Counted from the stretch's first letter, positions 28,395-38,890 are shown. The stretch is DNA of 55,835 nucleotides from Promethearchaeia archaeon (GCA_046483985.1 JAWOCD010000034.1:1-55835); one strand, 5' to 3'. Translations and numbers: made by a program. Notes: generated by a model not told the origin, from the sequence alone.

Positions 28395-29165
28395 ATGACA
28401 TTAAAGATAGCAGTTACGGGAAAAGGCGGGACGGGAAAGACCTCGACTACCACATTTCTCGCGAAAATCCTTTCGGAGTACTGGGATTACAAACTTTTAC
28501 TTATAGACGGGGATCCTACCCATCCGCATCTCAGCCATATGGTTGAATTAGTCCCGGATACCTCGTTGGAAAAGGTACGCCAGCAGACGATCAACAAAAC
28601 GCTCGAGAAATCCGAAGAAGCGAAGGATATTGCGCATAATATTGATTTTGAAATATATAATGCCATAAAAGAGAGTAAAAGATTTAGCGTTCTCTCAATC
28701 GGGCAACCGCAAGAATCTGGTTGCTTTTGCCCCTCAAATGCCCTTCTTAGAAAGGTGATTGAGTCCTTTTCAAGGGATTACGACATCATTCTCATCGATT
28801 GTGAAGCGGGACTTGAACAGATTAACCGAATGGTCTTAAGTTCAATTGATTACCTTCTTATTGTAGCAGACATGTCTCGCCGGAGTATTGATACCGCAAA
28901 ATCCATCAGAAAAAGCGCTAAGAAATTTACAGAGTATAAACGTGCGGGGATTGTGATAAATAAAGTGAGGGGTGATATCCAGCCTCTTAAAAACCTCATT
29001 GACGAATTGGGTTTTGACATCGCCGCTATTGTTCCCTATGATGACGAAGTAGTCGCTCTGGATTTGAACGGAACGCCCCTAATAAACATTCAGCAAACCG
29101 CCCCAGCATTACAGCCCCTTAAAAAATTGGCCGAGAAGCTCGTAAAATTAAAAGGATCGCTTTAA
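28395..29165 (+). CDS. cooC: CooC/AcsF-type Ni-insertion ATPase
   Basis: GKGGTGKT, GCFCP, DCEAGLE. Confidence 0.85.
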   Translation: MTLKIAVTGKGGTGKTSTTTFLAKILSEYWDYKLLLIDGDPTHPHLSHMVELVPDTSLEKVRQQTINKTLEKSEEAKDIAHNIDFEIYNAIKESKRFSVLSIGQPQESGCFCPSNALLRKVIESFSRDYDIILIDCEAGLEQINRMVLSSIDYLLIVADMSRRSIDTAKSIRKSAKKFTEYKRAGIVINKVRGDIQPLKNLIDELGFDIAAIVPYDDEVVALDLNGTPLINIQQTAPALQPLKKLAEKLVKLKGSL

Positions 29166-29211
29166 ATCTGATTTTGTAAGATACAAATATCCCCTCGGAT
29201 TATATCAATAT

Positions 29212-30000
29212 ATGCCAGAATATGATACCATAGAAGTAGAAATCAATAAGGAACACGATTATGCAACTCTCTCGCTTAACAGACCCAAGAAATTGAATGC
29301 CTTGAATACTCAATTAGCTGATGATTTTATTGCCGCCGCTAATTTTCTTGAATCCCAATCCTTACGATGTTTAATCATTACGGGAAAGGGTAAAGCGTTT
29401 TGTTCAGGCGGAGATTTAGCAGAATTTCAGAAAAATAGTAATCCGAATTTCCTTCACAACCTAGCCAAGAAATTTCATAAAGGAATCAAAATCTTGAAAG
29501 AAAAACTCCCCCCATCTATTGCAGCAATTAATGGAGCATGTATGGGAGTTGGGCTAAGCTTAGCGACGGCGTGTGATTTACGGATATGTTCGAAAAATTC
29601 ACAGTTTGCGATTGCATTTACCAATGTTGGGTTATCTCCGGATTCGGGCTTGACTTTCCATTTACCGAAACTGATTGGAATCCAGCACGCAAAGGAATTA
29701 GCCCTATTGAATAAGACTATTGATTCACACGTGGCAAAAAAGATGGGGTTGGTTTTGGAAATCTATGAACCAGAGGATTTACTTGACCAAGTAATCCAAA
29801 TGGCAACTACAATAAGTAACGGACCAACCGTTGCATTTGAGAGTATTCTACGTCTTTTTGATCAATCTACGAGCAATGATTTGGACGCTCAACTTACGAA
29901 AGAACTGACTCACGTGAAGAAAACTTCATCTACGGAAGATTTCCAAAAGGGCTTACGGGCTTTTTTAGAGCGGAGAAAACCAGAATTCCAAGGAAAATAA
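29212..30000 (+). CDS. Enoyl-CoA hydratase/isomerase (PaaG-like)
   Basis: LNRPKKLNAL, FCSGGDL, VGLSPDSG. Confidence 0.92.
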   Translation: MPEYDTIEVEINKEHDYATLSLNRPKKLNALNTQLADDFIAAANFLESQSLRCLIITGKGKAFCSGGDLAEFQKNSNPNFLHNLAKKFHKGIKILKEKLPPSIAAINGACMGVGLSLATACDLRICSKNSQFAIAFTNVGLSPDSGLTFHLPKLIGIQHAKELALLNKTIDSHVAKKMGLVLEIYEPEDLLDQVIQMATTISNGPTVAFESILRLFDQSTSNDLDAQLTKELTHVKKTSSTEDFQKGLRAFLERRKPEFQGK

Positions 30001-30071
30001 AGGGTTTTTTTTATTTTTACCCATTTTCATTAAGGCAGCAATGTGGACTTTCTCTTAGGCCGCCTCTAATT

Positions 30072-31328
30072 TTAAGGAAAGAAACCTCTAAATTTAACGG
30101 CTTTGGCAACTCTATTTACGGCGATCATATAGGCGGCAATCCGAAGAGTTACATCCTCCTCTTGTGAAAGGTTCCATACATCATTAAATGCTCCGACGAT
30201 GATATCTTTCAGTTCCTTGTTCACCCGTTCTAAATCCCAGAAATAGGATTGCACATCTTGAATGTATTCGAAATAGCTCACACAGACCCCGCCTGAATTT
30301 GCTAAAATGTCAGGAACTACCATTGTTTCCTTATCTTTCAATATCTTGTCAGCTTCGAGAGTAGTAGGACCGTTGGCGCCTTCTAGAACTATTTTTGTAT
30401 TGATGTCCGCGGCATTCTCTCCAGTTATTTGGTTTTCCACGGCGGCGGGAATTAATATATCACATGGAGAGGTCAATAATTCTACATTAGAAATCGTTTT
30501 GATTTTATGTGTTGGGTCTTCATAGTCAGTTAATAACTGTCCTTTATCCCTCCACTCTGATAATGTATCAATCGGTAATCCGTCCTTCACATAAAGCCCT
30601 CCAGAGATATCAGATAATGCAATAATCTTGCATCCATGATCATAGAGCAGTTCGGCAATTGTCCCTCCTACATTTCCAAATCCTTGGACTATGATCTCTT
30701 GTTCTTTTAAATTCATCGCCAATTTCTCGCATAAGGCTTGAAGGACAAAAAATAATCCCGTGCCTGTGGCAGTAGCCCTTCCCACCGATCCACCGATCTC
30801 TATGGGTTTTCCTGTGACCACACCTGGAGTCGGCCGTCCTTTATTCATCGAATACGTGTCCATCACCCATGCCATAATTTGACCGGAGGTATTTACGTCA
30901 GGTGCAGGGATATCTATGTCAGGACCGATCAAATTAATCACCTCTGAGGTATATCGTCTTGTAATTCTTTGGATCTCATCGTCTGATAATTTGGCAGGAT
31001 CAAAGCACACACCTCCTTTACTTCCTCCTAGGGGTAAATTCAATAAGCTGGTTTTCCATGTCATCCATGTAGCCAGAGCTTTTACTTCATTTGAGTCAAC
31101 ATAGGGGGAAAATCTAATTCCTCCTTTCCCGGGACCTCGAATAGTCGAATGGTGAACCCGATACCCTTCAAAAATCTGTATGGATCCGTCATCCATTTTG
31201 ATAGGAACTGACACGATCAGCGCTCGCTCAACTCTCTTTAGATATTTATGGATGTTGGGATCAAGATCAATTTGTTCTGCCACCATATCAATTTGCTTTT
31301 TTGCCATTTCAAATGGATTCAGACTCAT
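30072..31328 (-). CDS. gdhA: Glu/Leu/Phe/Val dehydrogenase (glutamate dehydrogenase)
   Basis: GPGKGGIR, GGSKGG, DIPAPD, GFGNVG, EGANGP. Confidence 0.92.
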   Translation of the reverse strand: MSLNPFEMAKKQIDMVAEQIDLDPNIHKYLKRVERALIVSVPIKMDDGSIQIFEGYRVHHSTIRGPGKGGIRFSPYVDSNEVKALATWMTWKTSLLNLPLGGSKGGVCFDPAKLSDDEIQRITRRYTSEVINLIGPDIDIPAPDVNTSGQIMAWVMDTYSMNKGRPTPGVVTGKPIEIGGSVGRATATGTGLFFVLQALCEKLAMNLKEQEIIVQGFGNVGGTIAELLYDHGCKIIALSDISGGLYVKDGLPIDTLSEWRDKGQLLTDYEDPTHKIKTISNVELLTSPCDILIPAAVENQITGENAADINTKIVLEGANGPTTLEADKILKDKETMVVPDILANSGGVCVSYFEYIQDVQSYFWDLERVNKELKDIIVGAFNDVWNLSQEEDVTLRIAAYMIAVNRVAKAVKFRGFFP

Positions 31329-31364
31329 CTTACTTCTACCTCCTTCGGTTACAATAATGCGTCA

Positions 31365-32621
31365 TTAGGGAAACAACCCCCGTAATTCGTGGGCTTTTGC
31401 TAACCGTTGCCCAGCGATCATATATGCTGCTGTTCGTAGGGACACTGCATTTTCCTTTGCTGTGCTATACACTTGATGAAAGGTAGTTAGTAACACATTT
31501 CTCATCTCGCGATTTACCCGTTCTAAATCCCAGAAATAGGACTGAATATCTTGAACATACTCAAAATAACTGATGCAAACACCTCCACTGTTGGCCAATA
31601 CATCGGGTATGATAATGGTGTCCTTTTCTTCGAGGATTTGGTCTGCCTTGGAAGTAGTGGGGCTATTGGCACCTTCTAATACGATCTTTGCATTCACATC
31701 GTCTCCATTTCCAGAATAGAGCTGATTTTCGGAAGCACAAGGGCTGAGAATATCGCAGTCCAATGCCAATAACTCCTTATTGGTGATAATTTCCGCTCCA
31801 TCGGCATTAAATTCTTTTACCGGACTGCCTTGTGCTTTAGATTCAATTAAAGCATCAATTTCAATGCCATCCTCTTTAAGGATTGCTCCTTTTGTGTCGC
31901 TGACTGCGATGATTTTACATCCAGAATCGTATAGTTTTTTTCCAATCTCAGTTCCCACCTTTCCGAATCCTTGAATGGCAACACTCATTCCCTTTAGTTC
32001 CAAATCTTCTTTTTTGCATAATTCTTCCAGCACATAAAACATACCGGTGCCCACTGCACCACCCCTTCCGACAGAGCCTCCAACCTCCACCGGCTTACCT
32101 GTGACAACACCGGGAACGGTGTGACCCTTTTGCATTGAATAGGTATCAAGAACCCAAGCCATGATTCGCTTATCCGTGCCCATGTCAGGAGCAGGGATAT
32201 CGATATCGGGGCCGATAACATTGATGATCTCTGCGGTATACCGCCTGGTTACCCCTTCTAATTCCTTATCCGAAAGCTTTTTGGGATCGACGGCCACTCC
32301 GCCTTTTGATCCTCCTAACGGTAAATCTAATAGGCTGGTTTTAATCGTCATTAAAAAAGCCAAGGCTTTTATTTCATCAAGGGTGACTTGCGGTGCATAA
32401 CGAATACCTCCCTTGGCTGGCCCTCGCAAAGTGCTATGATGACACCGATACCCTCTAAAAATCTCTAATCCCCCATCATCCATAATGACCGGCACGGAAA
32501 CTTCTAATGCCCTTTCAACCTTATTGAGGTAATTGAGCGTATTAGGATCCATCCCTAATTCTTCCGCAGCGATTATTAATTTTTTCCTCGCGCTTTCCCA
32601 CGGATTTATTCTCTTTTTCAT
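31365..32621 (-). CDS. Glutamate dehydrogenase paralog (start moved to ATG 32621)
   Basis: GPAKGGIR, GGSKGG, DIPAPD, GFGKVG; GAGG SD before MKKRINPW. Confidence 0.9.
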   Translation of the reverse strand: MKKRINPWESARKKLIIAAEELGMDPNTLNYLNKVERALEVSVPVIMDDGGLEIFRGYRCHHSTLRGPAKGGIRYAPQVTLDEIKALAFLMTIKTSLLDLPLGGSKGGVAVDPKKLSDKELEGVTRRYTAEIINVIGPDIDIPAPDMGTDKRIMAWVLDTYSMQKGHTVPGVVTGKPVEVGGSVGRGGAVGTGMFYVLEELCKKEDLELKGMSVAIQGFGKVGTEIGKKLYDSGCKIIAVSDTKGAILKEDGIEIDALIESKAQGSPVKEFNADGAEIITNKELLALDCDILSPCASENQLYSGNGDDVNAKIVLEGANSPTTSKADQILEEKDTIIIPDVLANSGGVCISYFEYVQDIQSYFWDLERVNREMRNVLLTTFHQVYSTAKENAVSLRTAAYMIAGQRLAKAHELRGLFP

Positions 32622-32776
32622 GTCTATTTTCCTCTTGTTTATATATAATACGTTTAATTTACAGAATAGCAACTTAGTACAAATAGTCTTAAACAGCCTT
32701 ATATATATTCTTTTGTAAATATATTAAAAAAAAGAAAATATTAGTTAAATTATAGGTGTAGGGGTGTAGGAATTGA

Positions 32777-33079
32777 TCACATGAAGAGAAGGATCGCGCC
32801 TATGATGACGAGAATGCCACCAATCAATGATCCAAAAATAATCAGTAAAATTCCTAAAATTAATTCAACAATAGCGCTGTACGGGATAGGATCGCCCGGT
32901 CTAAAGCACGAGAACAAAATAGCTGCAGAAATGATCAACGCTATTATTTGACTAATTATTCCGACCCCCAACCATCCGCCAGATACAAGGGGATTACCTA
33001 CAAGAGCCATAATCGCTTCGATTAACCCGACTAAGCCTCCGATGATGATCAAAATTTTCGCAATATCGTTTTCATCCAT
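32777..33079 (-). CDS. Small membrane protein
   Basis: 100-aa Gly-rich hydrophobic ORF with GGAG SD. Confidence 0.75.
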   Translation of the reverse strand: MDENDIAKILIIIGGLVGLIEAIMALVGNPLVSGGWLGVGIISQIIALIISAAILFSCFRPGDPIPYSAIVELILGILLIIFGSLIGGILVIIGAILLFM

Positions 33080-33476
33080 AATAAATCTCCATTTATGTAT
33101 TTATGATTAAGAGTTTAAAACTATGAAAGATATTATGAACTATACTATATAAAAATGATATTAATAAAATATTGACTCAAAACTTCTTCTTGTCTGTGTT
33201 CTCATTCTTAGGCGAGGTTTTAGGCGGTTCTTCCATCGTCGATATCCTTTCTCCCTCTTATAAGGGGGCCTCTATCCGTAACAGCGTATATATCTTCCCG
33301 TTTCCTTTTATCTCGATGGTGTCGAAAAGTTCTCTGAAATAATAAGGGAATTTAATCTACAAACTATAAGTTTAAGTTCAACTAATAAGTTTTAAACCTC
33401 TTATATGAGATATGGGAATAAAAATAACGATAGATTTTATTTTATACTTCATTTATTAGGAACAAGAATCTTTTAA

Positions 33477-34664
33477 ATGGAAATGAACGCAAAACAACGA
33501 GTTCTGAAAACCTTAAACCACGAAGAACCAGATAAGGTTCCCTATACCGAACATTTAATCCAAAATCCCAAATTAGCAAAACAAATGGGATTTGGAGCTG
33601 GGACCTCGATAAACATCTCCAAACTTTTAGAATTCTTGGGAAATATTAAAGGGTTACCAAGTCGTATCAATTCAATTTTACCTAAGATCCTCAAAAGGCC
33701 ACATCTCTATAAAGGATTATTAAATATCTTCAATAAAAGGTACTTTAATTTTTATAAACATCTGGGTGTTGATTTAGGGGTCTTTTCCATCGCTCCCAAT
33801 TCTTATTTTAAATATGTTCATCCAAATTACATAATAAATGAATTCGGTCATAAATATGAATTAAAAACACTAATGGGACAGTTTAGTACCTATTATGTGG
33901 GAGGAGTTCTCAGCTCTGAGGAGAAATATGATGAGTTTCCTAAATTAGACACAGAACAAAATTTAGGATTTGATTTATTCGAAGCGGCAACGAAACACAT
34001 ATCAGATGAAGAGATTTACGTAGTACCCGGGATTTTTAACGGTATTTTTGATTCGATTTCTTTAGGACTAGGTTTAGAACATTTTTCACGAGTACTTGTG
34101 AAGAATCAATCCTTTCTAAGAAAGATGATTGCAGATCGTGAAAAATTCTATACCGCATTAATTAAAAAGGCGATAGATGTAACAGGCACCGAAGTGTTTA
34201 TGATCGGGGACGATCTTGCATATAATTCTGGTCCGTTTATCTCTCCCCGCTACTTCAATAAATTTTTCTTACCGAGTTATAAAAGGATTTCCAATATGGC
34301 TCACGAGCGAGGAGTGAAATTAGTTTTCCATACCGATGGAGACATCCGCCCTTTAATTGACGGACTTATCGATTGTTTTGATTCTATCCATCCCTTGCAA
34401 GCATCGGCAAATATTGATATTTTCAACATAAAAGAAAAATACGGCGATAAGGTCTGTTTAGAGGGAAACGTTCCCATTGAATTACTTGTCCACGAAACAC
34501 CTCAAAAGGTGGCAGATTATGTGAAAACCTTGATTAAAGAATGCGCCCCTGGAGGAGGATACATGCTAAGCTCGGGCAATTCCATTGTGCCAGAAGTTCC
34601 TCCTAAAAACTATGTTGCTATGTTGAAGACATTTAGAAAATACCGAAATTACCCAATTAATTAA
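33477..34664 (+). CDS. Uroporphyrinogen decarboxylase / MtaA-like family
   Basis: HEEPDKVP, GDDLAY, FHTDG, GGGYMLSSGNSI. Confidence 0.88.
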   Translation: MEMNAKQRVLKTLNHEEPDKVPYTEHLIQNPKLAKQMGFGAGTSINISKLLEFLGNIKGLPSRINSILPKILKRPHLYKGLLNIFNKRYFNFYKHLGVDLGVFSIAPNSYFKYVHPNYIINEFGHKYELKTLMGQFSTYYVGGVLSSEEKYDEFPKLDTEQNLGFDLFEAATKHISDEEIYVVPGIFNGIFDSISLGLGLEHFSRVLVKNQSFLRKMIADREKFYTALIKKAIDVTGTEVFMIGDDLAYNSGPFISPRYFNKFFLPSYKRISNMAHERGVKLVFHTDGDIRPLIDGLIDCFDSIHPLQASANIDIFNIKEKYGDKVCLEGNVPIELLVHETPQKVADYVKTLIKECAPGGGYMLSSGNSIVPEVPPKNYVAMLKTFRKYRNYPIN

Positions 34665-34696
34665 GAGATGTAGGAAAAAGAGAAATAATAAGAGGA

Positions 34697-35533
34697 TTAT
34701 TCTTTCAGAAAATCAATCACTAATTGATTCACTTCGGGTGCTCGGGAAAGATAAGCACTATCACCGGCCTTCTTGAGAAGCTCTAACTTGCTGTTCGGTA
34801 TTTTTTCATGCATAGCCTCCATGGCTGCTTTGGGATGCAATCGATTATGGGAAGAGGCAATTATGAGCGTTTCAGGTTTAAGTTCAGTAATATCATCCAA
34901 AATGTTAAACCCTAACATGGCCTTTCCCTGATTTTTTACATCTTCCGGGGTCATCGGGTCAATATTATATTCTTTGACAAATTCGTCAACAGACCATAGA
35001 TCGTGAAACCTTTTATCGGGATTCGCTTTTAATTCTTTAATAAAATTCCTGTGAAATGCCATCTTCGCACTTTTCATAAAATATTTTTTAGGTGCATTTT
35101 TCTGAAAATCTAACGCATTCACATTCATCCCCATTACCCGTTTGACTCCCGATTCATCGGGAAATGCGGCTACGGTATTTAATAGGATAAGTTTATTAAC
35201 ACGTTTGGGGTGCTTTAAAGCGAAGACTTGGAGATACATAGCCCCTAAAGCATATCCCATTAAATGGGCATTCTCAATTTCGAGAAAATCCATAAGCCCT
35301 AAAAGATCGTCTGCAAATATCTCCATAGTATACGGTCCAGGAGGTCGGGAAGATTTACCGCATCCGCGGTTATCAAAAGTAATTACTTTAAAATGCTCAC
35401 TTAAGGAATCCACTTGAGCCATCCACATTTCTTTCTTATAAGTCCATCCACTGGCTAAAAAAAGGGGCTCAGCGTTATCCTCTCCATGGACTTCATAATT
35501 TATCTTAATATCGTTTACTTCGGCAATAGGCAT
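34697..35533 (-). CDS. Alpha/beta-hydrolase fold protein lacking the catalytic triad
   Basis: DNRGCGKS fold motif; GYALG, SSHN and AGDS at the usual GxSxG, GxxD and AGH positions. Confidence 0.85.
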   Translation of the reverse strand: MPIAEVNDIKINYEVHGEDNAEPLFLASGWTYKKEMWMAQVDSLSEHFKVITFDNRGCGKSSRPPGPYTMEIFADDLLGLMDFLEIENAHLMGYALGAMYLQVFALKHPKRVNKLILLNTVAAFPDESGVKRVMGMNVNALDFQKNAPKKYFMKSAKMAFHRNFIKELKANPDKRFHDLWSVDEFVKEYNIDPMTPEDVKNQGKAMLGFNILDDITELKPETLIIASSHNRLHPKAAMEAMHEKIPNSKLELLKKAGDSAYLSRAPEVNQLVIDFLKE

Positions 35534-35726
35534 AACGATTAAGTATAATAAAATATCTTTATAAAAGTTTTCAGAAAAAAATATAGATAATCGGAGAGAA
35601 TACGTCGTGAAGTTCTATGGAATGAACAAGGATTCTTCTTTATAATAATTTATAATTTCGTCAACGACAATAATAAGCCAATTCTTGCGTGGACTGCAGG
35701 GTTAGTAATCATGGGAATACTCGATA

Positions 35727-35764
35727 AGATCATTTAGATATAAAGAGATCATTTAGATATAAAG
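35727..35764. repeat. 19-bp tandem duplication spanning the J-domain gene stop
   Basis: AGATCATTTAGATATAAAG x2. Confidence 0.9.
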
Positions 35765-36112
35765 AGAGTCCGGAGGGTCGTCTTTCTCCCGATTAGACTG
35801 ATTTTGTCCGAAAATAGAATTTAAGAATTCTTGCAGTCTGCTATATCGCATTGTTCTGTACAGGTCTGTTAAATCGATATTTGAAATGTCATAACCGTGG
35901 TTGTCGTAAAGTTCTCGTTTCTCTGGATCTTTTAATGTCTCATATGCCTTCTTAATTTCCACAAACTTATGCTCGGCTTGAGGATCGTTTTGGTTTAAAT
36001 CAGGATGATACTTCAAGGCCAGTTTACGATAAGCTGATTTAATCTCCTCGGTGGTGGCGTCCGGTTCTATCCCTAAAATTTCATAGTAATCTTTTTTTTG
36101 TTCTGCATTCAG
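35753..36112 (-). CDS. J-domain protein (N-terminus extends beyond the ORF-track call)
   Basis: In-frame DYYEILG...[16 protein letters not shown]; probable CTG start 7 nt after AGGTGA. Confidence 0.8.
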   Translation of the reverse strand: MNAEQKKDYYEILGIEPDATTEEIKSAYRKLALKYHPDLNQNDPQAEHKFVEIKKAYETLKDPEKRELYDNHGYDISNIDLTDLYRTMRYSRLQEFLNSIFGQNQSNREKDDPPDSLYI

Positions 36113-36284
36113 GACAATTTCACCTTTTCTATATCTAGTATTATACTAAAGACATTTAATCTATATAAATTTCGAGTTGATAACCTACAAGAAGTTCTTG
36201 TTCTTCTTTTTTAAGATAAAAACGTAATCGGATAATTTTTTTAGCAGATAAAAATAAAATTGGTAATTGATTATTATTAGTACT

Positions 36285-36455
36285 ATGAGTACCGACGATC
36301 AGATTTCGGGTATCTCCGTGGATTCTAAGGCTCCCGCTTTTGATATCAATGATATCGAGGGAAACGAAGTTAAATTTCATGACCTTTTAACTATCTGGGA
36401 TGAATTTCGTATATTATACAAAATCTTCTTCTTTCCAATATTGCAGCTCTTTTAG
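36285..36455 (+). pseudogene. N-terminal stub of an AhpC/TSA redoxin
   Basis: GISVDSKAPAFDINDIEGNEVKFHDLL; similarity is lost before the redox motif. Confidence 0.55.
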
Positions 36456-36614
36456 AAGTCCCATTGAAATTCATCATTCCATCTACAACCTTCAGTAGAG
36501 TGTTTTTCTTTTCAATTCTAACAGCAGTTATCGGAATGTTTCTAATTTTAAGAAAACTCTTAAATAAGCCTATAATTGATATCTATAGAAAATAAAATAA
36601 ACGGGAAAAAGGAC

Positions 36615-37616
36615 TTATATATCAAAGCCTGCATTTTCTCTTTGGCCAACGATGTCCTCAAGTGCTCGTAAAAATTGTTCATTTTCCTTTTGATTTCCCA
36701 TCGAAACTCTAATATAACCATCGCCCAATTGTGAACTCACATCAGATACGAGAATATTCCTCTGAGCCAATTTTTGAGCAATATCGGACTGCTGAGATCT
36801 TAGTAAGAAGAAGTTTGTATAGCTCGGAAAGACCTTGAGAGCAAGAGAAGATAATTTCTCTTTCATTTTTTCTTTTTCTTTTTTTACATTTTCAATATAT
36901 TTTTCCATATAGCTTGGATTTCTGAGCCCGTAGATACAGCCCATAACCCCGGGATAGGGGAGCTTAATTTGAAGTCCTTCAAACATTTCTCTGATCTTGT
37001 CCCCCATAAGTAAATACCCGATTCCGCCTCCTGCCAGTCCAAGTGATTTGGATACAGTCCGTAAAATCGCCAGATTTGGATATTTTCCCAATAAATGGCT
37101 AAATGTCGTGTCAGAAAACTCAAAATACGCTTCATCAACTAAACAAATGATTTCGGGATGTTTTAATAATGTTTTTAGCTTATCTTCTCCTATAATTAAA
37201 TTACCGGTTGGATTGTTTGGATTATCAAAAAGGAGTAAAGTAGGTTCATCTAATTCACTCATAATTGGTTCGATTTTTAAATTAAAATCTGGCTCTCGTA
37301 AGCGAATATGTATTGCCTCACTATGTATTTTTCTTATTGCATTTTTGATAAGAAAAAACGTAGGATCCACACTAATTATCTTTCGATTATGCCCTATTAG
37401 GAAAATAAACTCCTTTAATATGATATCTGAGGCTGAGCTGAGAAAGATCCTTTCTTCGGCAATATGGGTATAGTTTGCCAATTCCGTCTTGAGGATATTA
37501 ACTTGGTCTTTAGGTGTGTATCTGTTAATCTTATCGATAACCTTTTTCATTTGCTCCCGGATTTTCCGTGGTGGAGGGGAGGGCATTTCACTTTGATTTA
37601 AACGTATTTTGTCCAT
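36615..37616 (-). CDS. Histidinol-phosphate aminotransferase family (HisC/CobD-like)
   Basis: NPNNPTG, VDEAY, RTVSKSLG, IRVSMG. Confidence 0.88.
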   Translation of the reverse strand: MDKIRLNQSEMPSPPPRKIREQMKKVIDKINRYTPKDQVNILKTELANYTHIAEERIFLSSASDIILKEFIFLIGHNRKIISVDPTFFLIKNAIRKIHSEAIHIRLREPDFNLKIEPIMSELDEPTLLLFDNPNNPTGNLIIGEDKLKTLLKHPEIICLVDEAYFEFSDTTFSHLLGKYPNLAILRTVSKSLGLAGGGIGYLLMGDKIREMFEGLQIKLPYPGVMGCIYGLRNPSYMEKYIENVKKEKEKMKEKLSSLALKVFPSYTNFFLLRSQQSDIAQKLAQRNILVSDVSSQLGDGYIRVSMGNQKENEQFLRALEDIVGQRENAGFDI

Positions 37617-37656
37617 TAATCAAATAACTCCTTAAACTGCCTTTTTTTAATAAATT

Positions 37657-38763
37657 TTAATCTACTTCCATCATAAGTTTTTGATTCTTTCCAATAATAA
37701 CTTTCATAAATCCTCTTAACATCTTGTCCACTTCTTCATCTCCCGTATCAACTCGAAGACATTCCAGTCCCGTCAACTTATCTTCGGTGGAAATGACAAG
37801 AATATTCGCTTTTCCAACTTTATTAATTACCTCTGGAGTAAATTGTTTATTCCCTCTGCCAAATATAAAACCTTGTCCCCCAATAGGAGAAATTACAATC
37901 TTTGCATTATCATATTTATTTAAAAGATTGAGAATTTCTTCCTCGTTAACATCTAGCTTCACTACTTTTTCATTATAGATAGCATCTATACCTAACAATG
38001 TTTTAGATATATTTAGTTGTTCGGAAATGGTTTTGACTGTTGTGCCGGGCCCCAATAAATAGAGAACATCATCTTCCATGTTTTGAATTAAGAAATGAGC
38101 TATCTCTTGCTTTTTCTCTTTTAGAGACCTTGTTGATTTAGATCCTTGTTTTCCGTCTTGAATTAGCTTTTCTAGCTTTGGAACTTTGAGATATCCGTAT
38201 AATTTTGACTTTAATTTCCCTTCTCGAAATGCATCTTCATCAATATCTAAGACCTCCTTTTCTATAATCTCTAAATTCTCATCAATAAATCCCTCCAACA
38301 TTTCTGAAGCAGCTTGGGGATTTAGGGCAAATACTGAACTAAACATCTTCACACCTGAGGGTAGACCTAAAACAGGAATATCAAGATCAAGGACATCATA
38401 TATATCTCTGGCAGTTCCGTCTCCGCCGCAAAAAATAAGAATATCAATTCCATTTTCTTTTTGCATCTTCGCAATTCTTTTTGTGTCTTCGGCAGTTGTC
38501 TTATCTCCCTCTAAGGTACCGATCACTTCATAATTGAACTCTGTTTCCTTAATTATATTTTCTCCCATTTTCTCGGGGCCAACCAAGAAATATACCTCTT
38601 TTTCAACTTCCAAATGCGATAAAAATTGACTCATTCGTTGAGGAGTCACTGGTTCCGCACCTAACTTAAGTGCCTTCTGATATGCATCTCCATCGGTCCC
38701 TTTGAGTCCTACGCTTCCTCCCATTCCTGCAATAGGATTTACAATTAATCCGATTTTTTTCAT
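37657..38763 (-). CDS. ATP-NAD/AcoX kinase family protein
   Basis: NPIAGMGG, GGDGTARD, GPGTT, IGGQGFIFGRGN. Confidence 0.88.
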   Translation of the reverse strand: MKKIGLIVNPIAGMGGSVGLKGTDGDAYQKALKLGAEPVTPQRMSQFLSHLEVEKEVYFLVGPEKMGENIIKETEFNYEVIGTLEGDKTTAEDTKRIAKMQKENGIDILIFCGGDGTARDIYDVLDLDIPVLGLPSGVKMFSSVFALNPQAASEMLEGFIDENLEIIEKEVLDIDEDAFREGKLKSKLYGYLKVPKLEKLIQDGKQGSKSTRSLKEKKQEIAHFLIQNMEDDVLYLLGPGTTVKTISEQLNISKTLLGIDAIYNEKVVKLDVNEEEILNLLNKYDNAKIVISPIGGQGFIFGRGNKQFTPEVINKVGKANILVISTEDKLTGLECLRVDTGDEEVDKMLRGFMKVIIGKNQKLMMEVD

Positions 38764-38890
38764 ATATCTATTAAATGTTTAAAATGAATATATTAGCTAT
38801 TAGCTATACATTATAAAAAGATCGAAAAACCTTATAAATTTCCCTAAAAACCATGGATCCTAAAAATTATAGATTAAAAAATAAATCTCG

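Noticed and set aside
12251-33253. Shared 13-mer GATATCCTTTCTC at 12251 and 33241 as a common regulatory RNA
   Set aside because: Exact 13-mer matches are expected by chance in 56 kb of AT-rich DNA, and the flanks do not align
33160-33340. Possible IS6-like transposase relic (AVTDRGP, NRLKPRLR on the minus strand)
   Set aside because: Too short and frameshifted to support without a search
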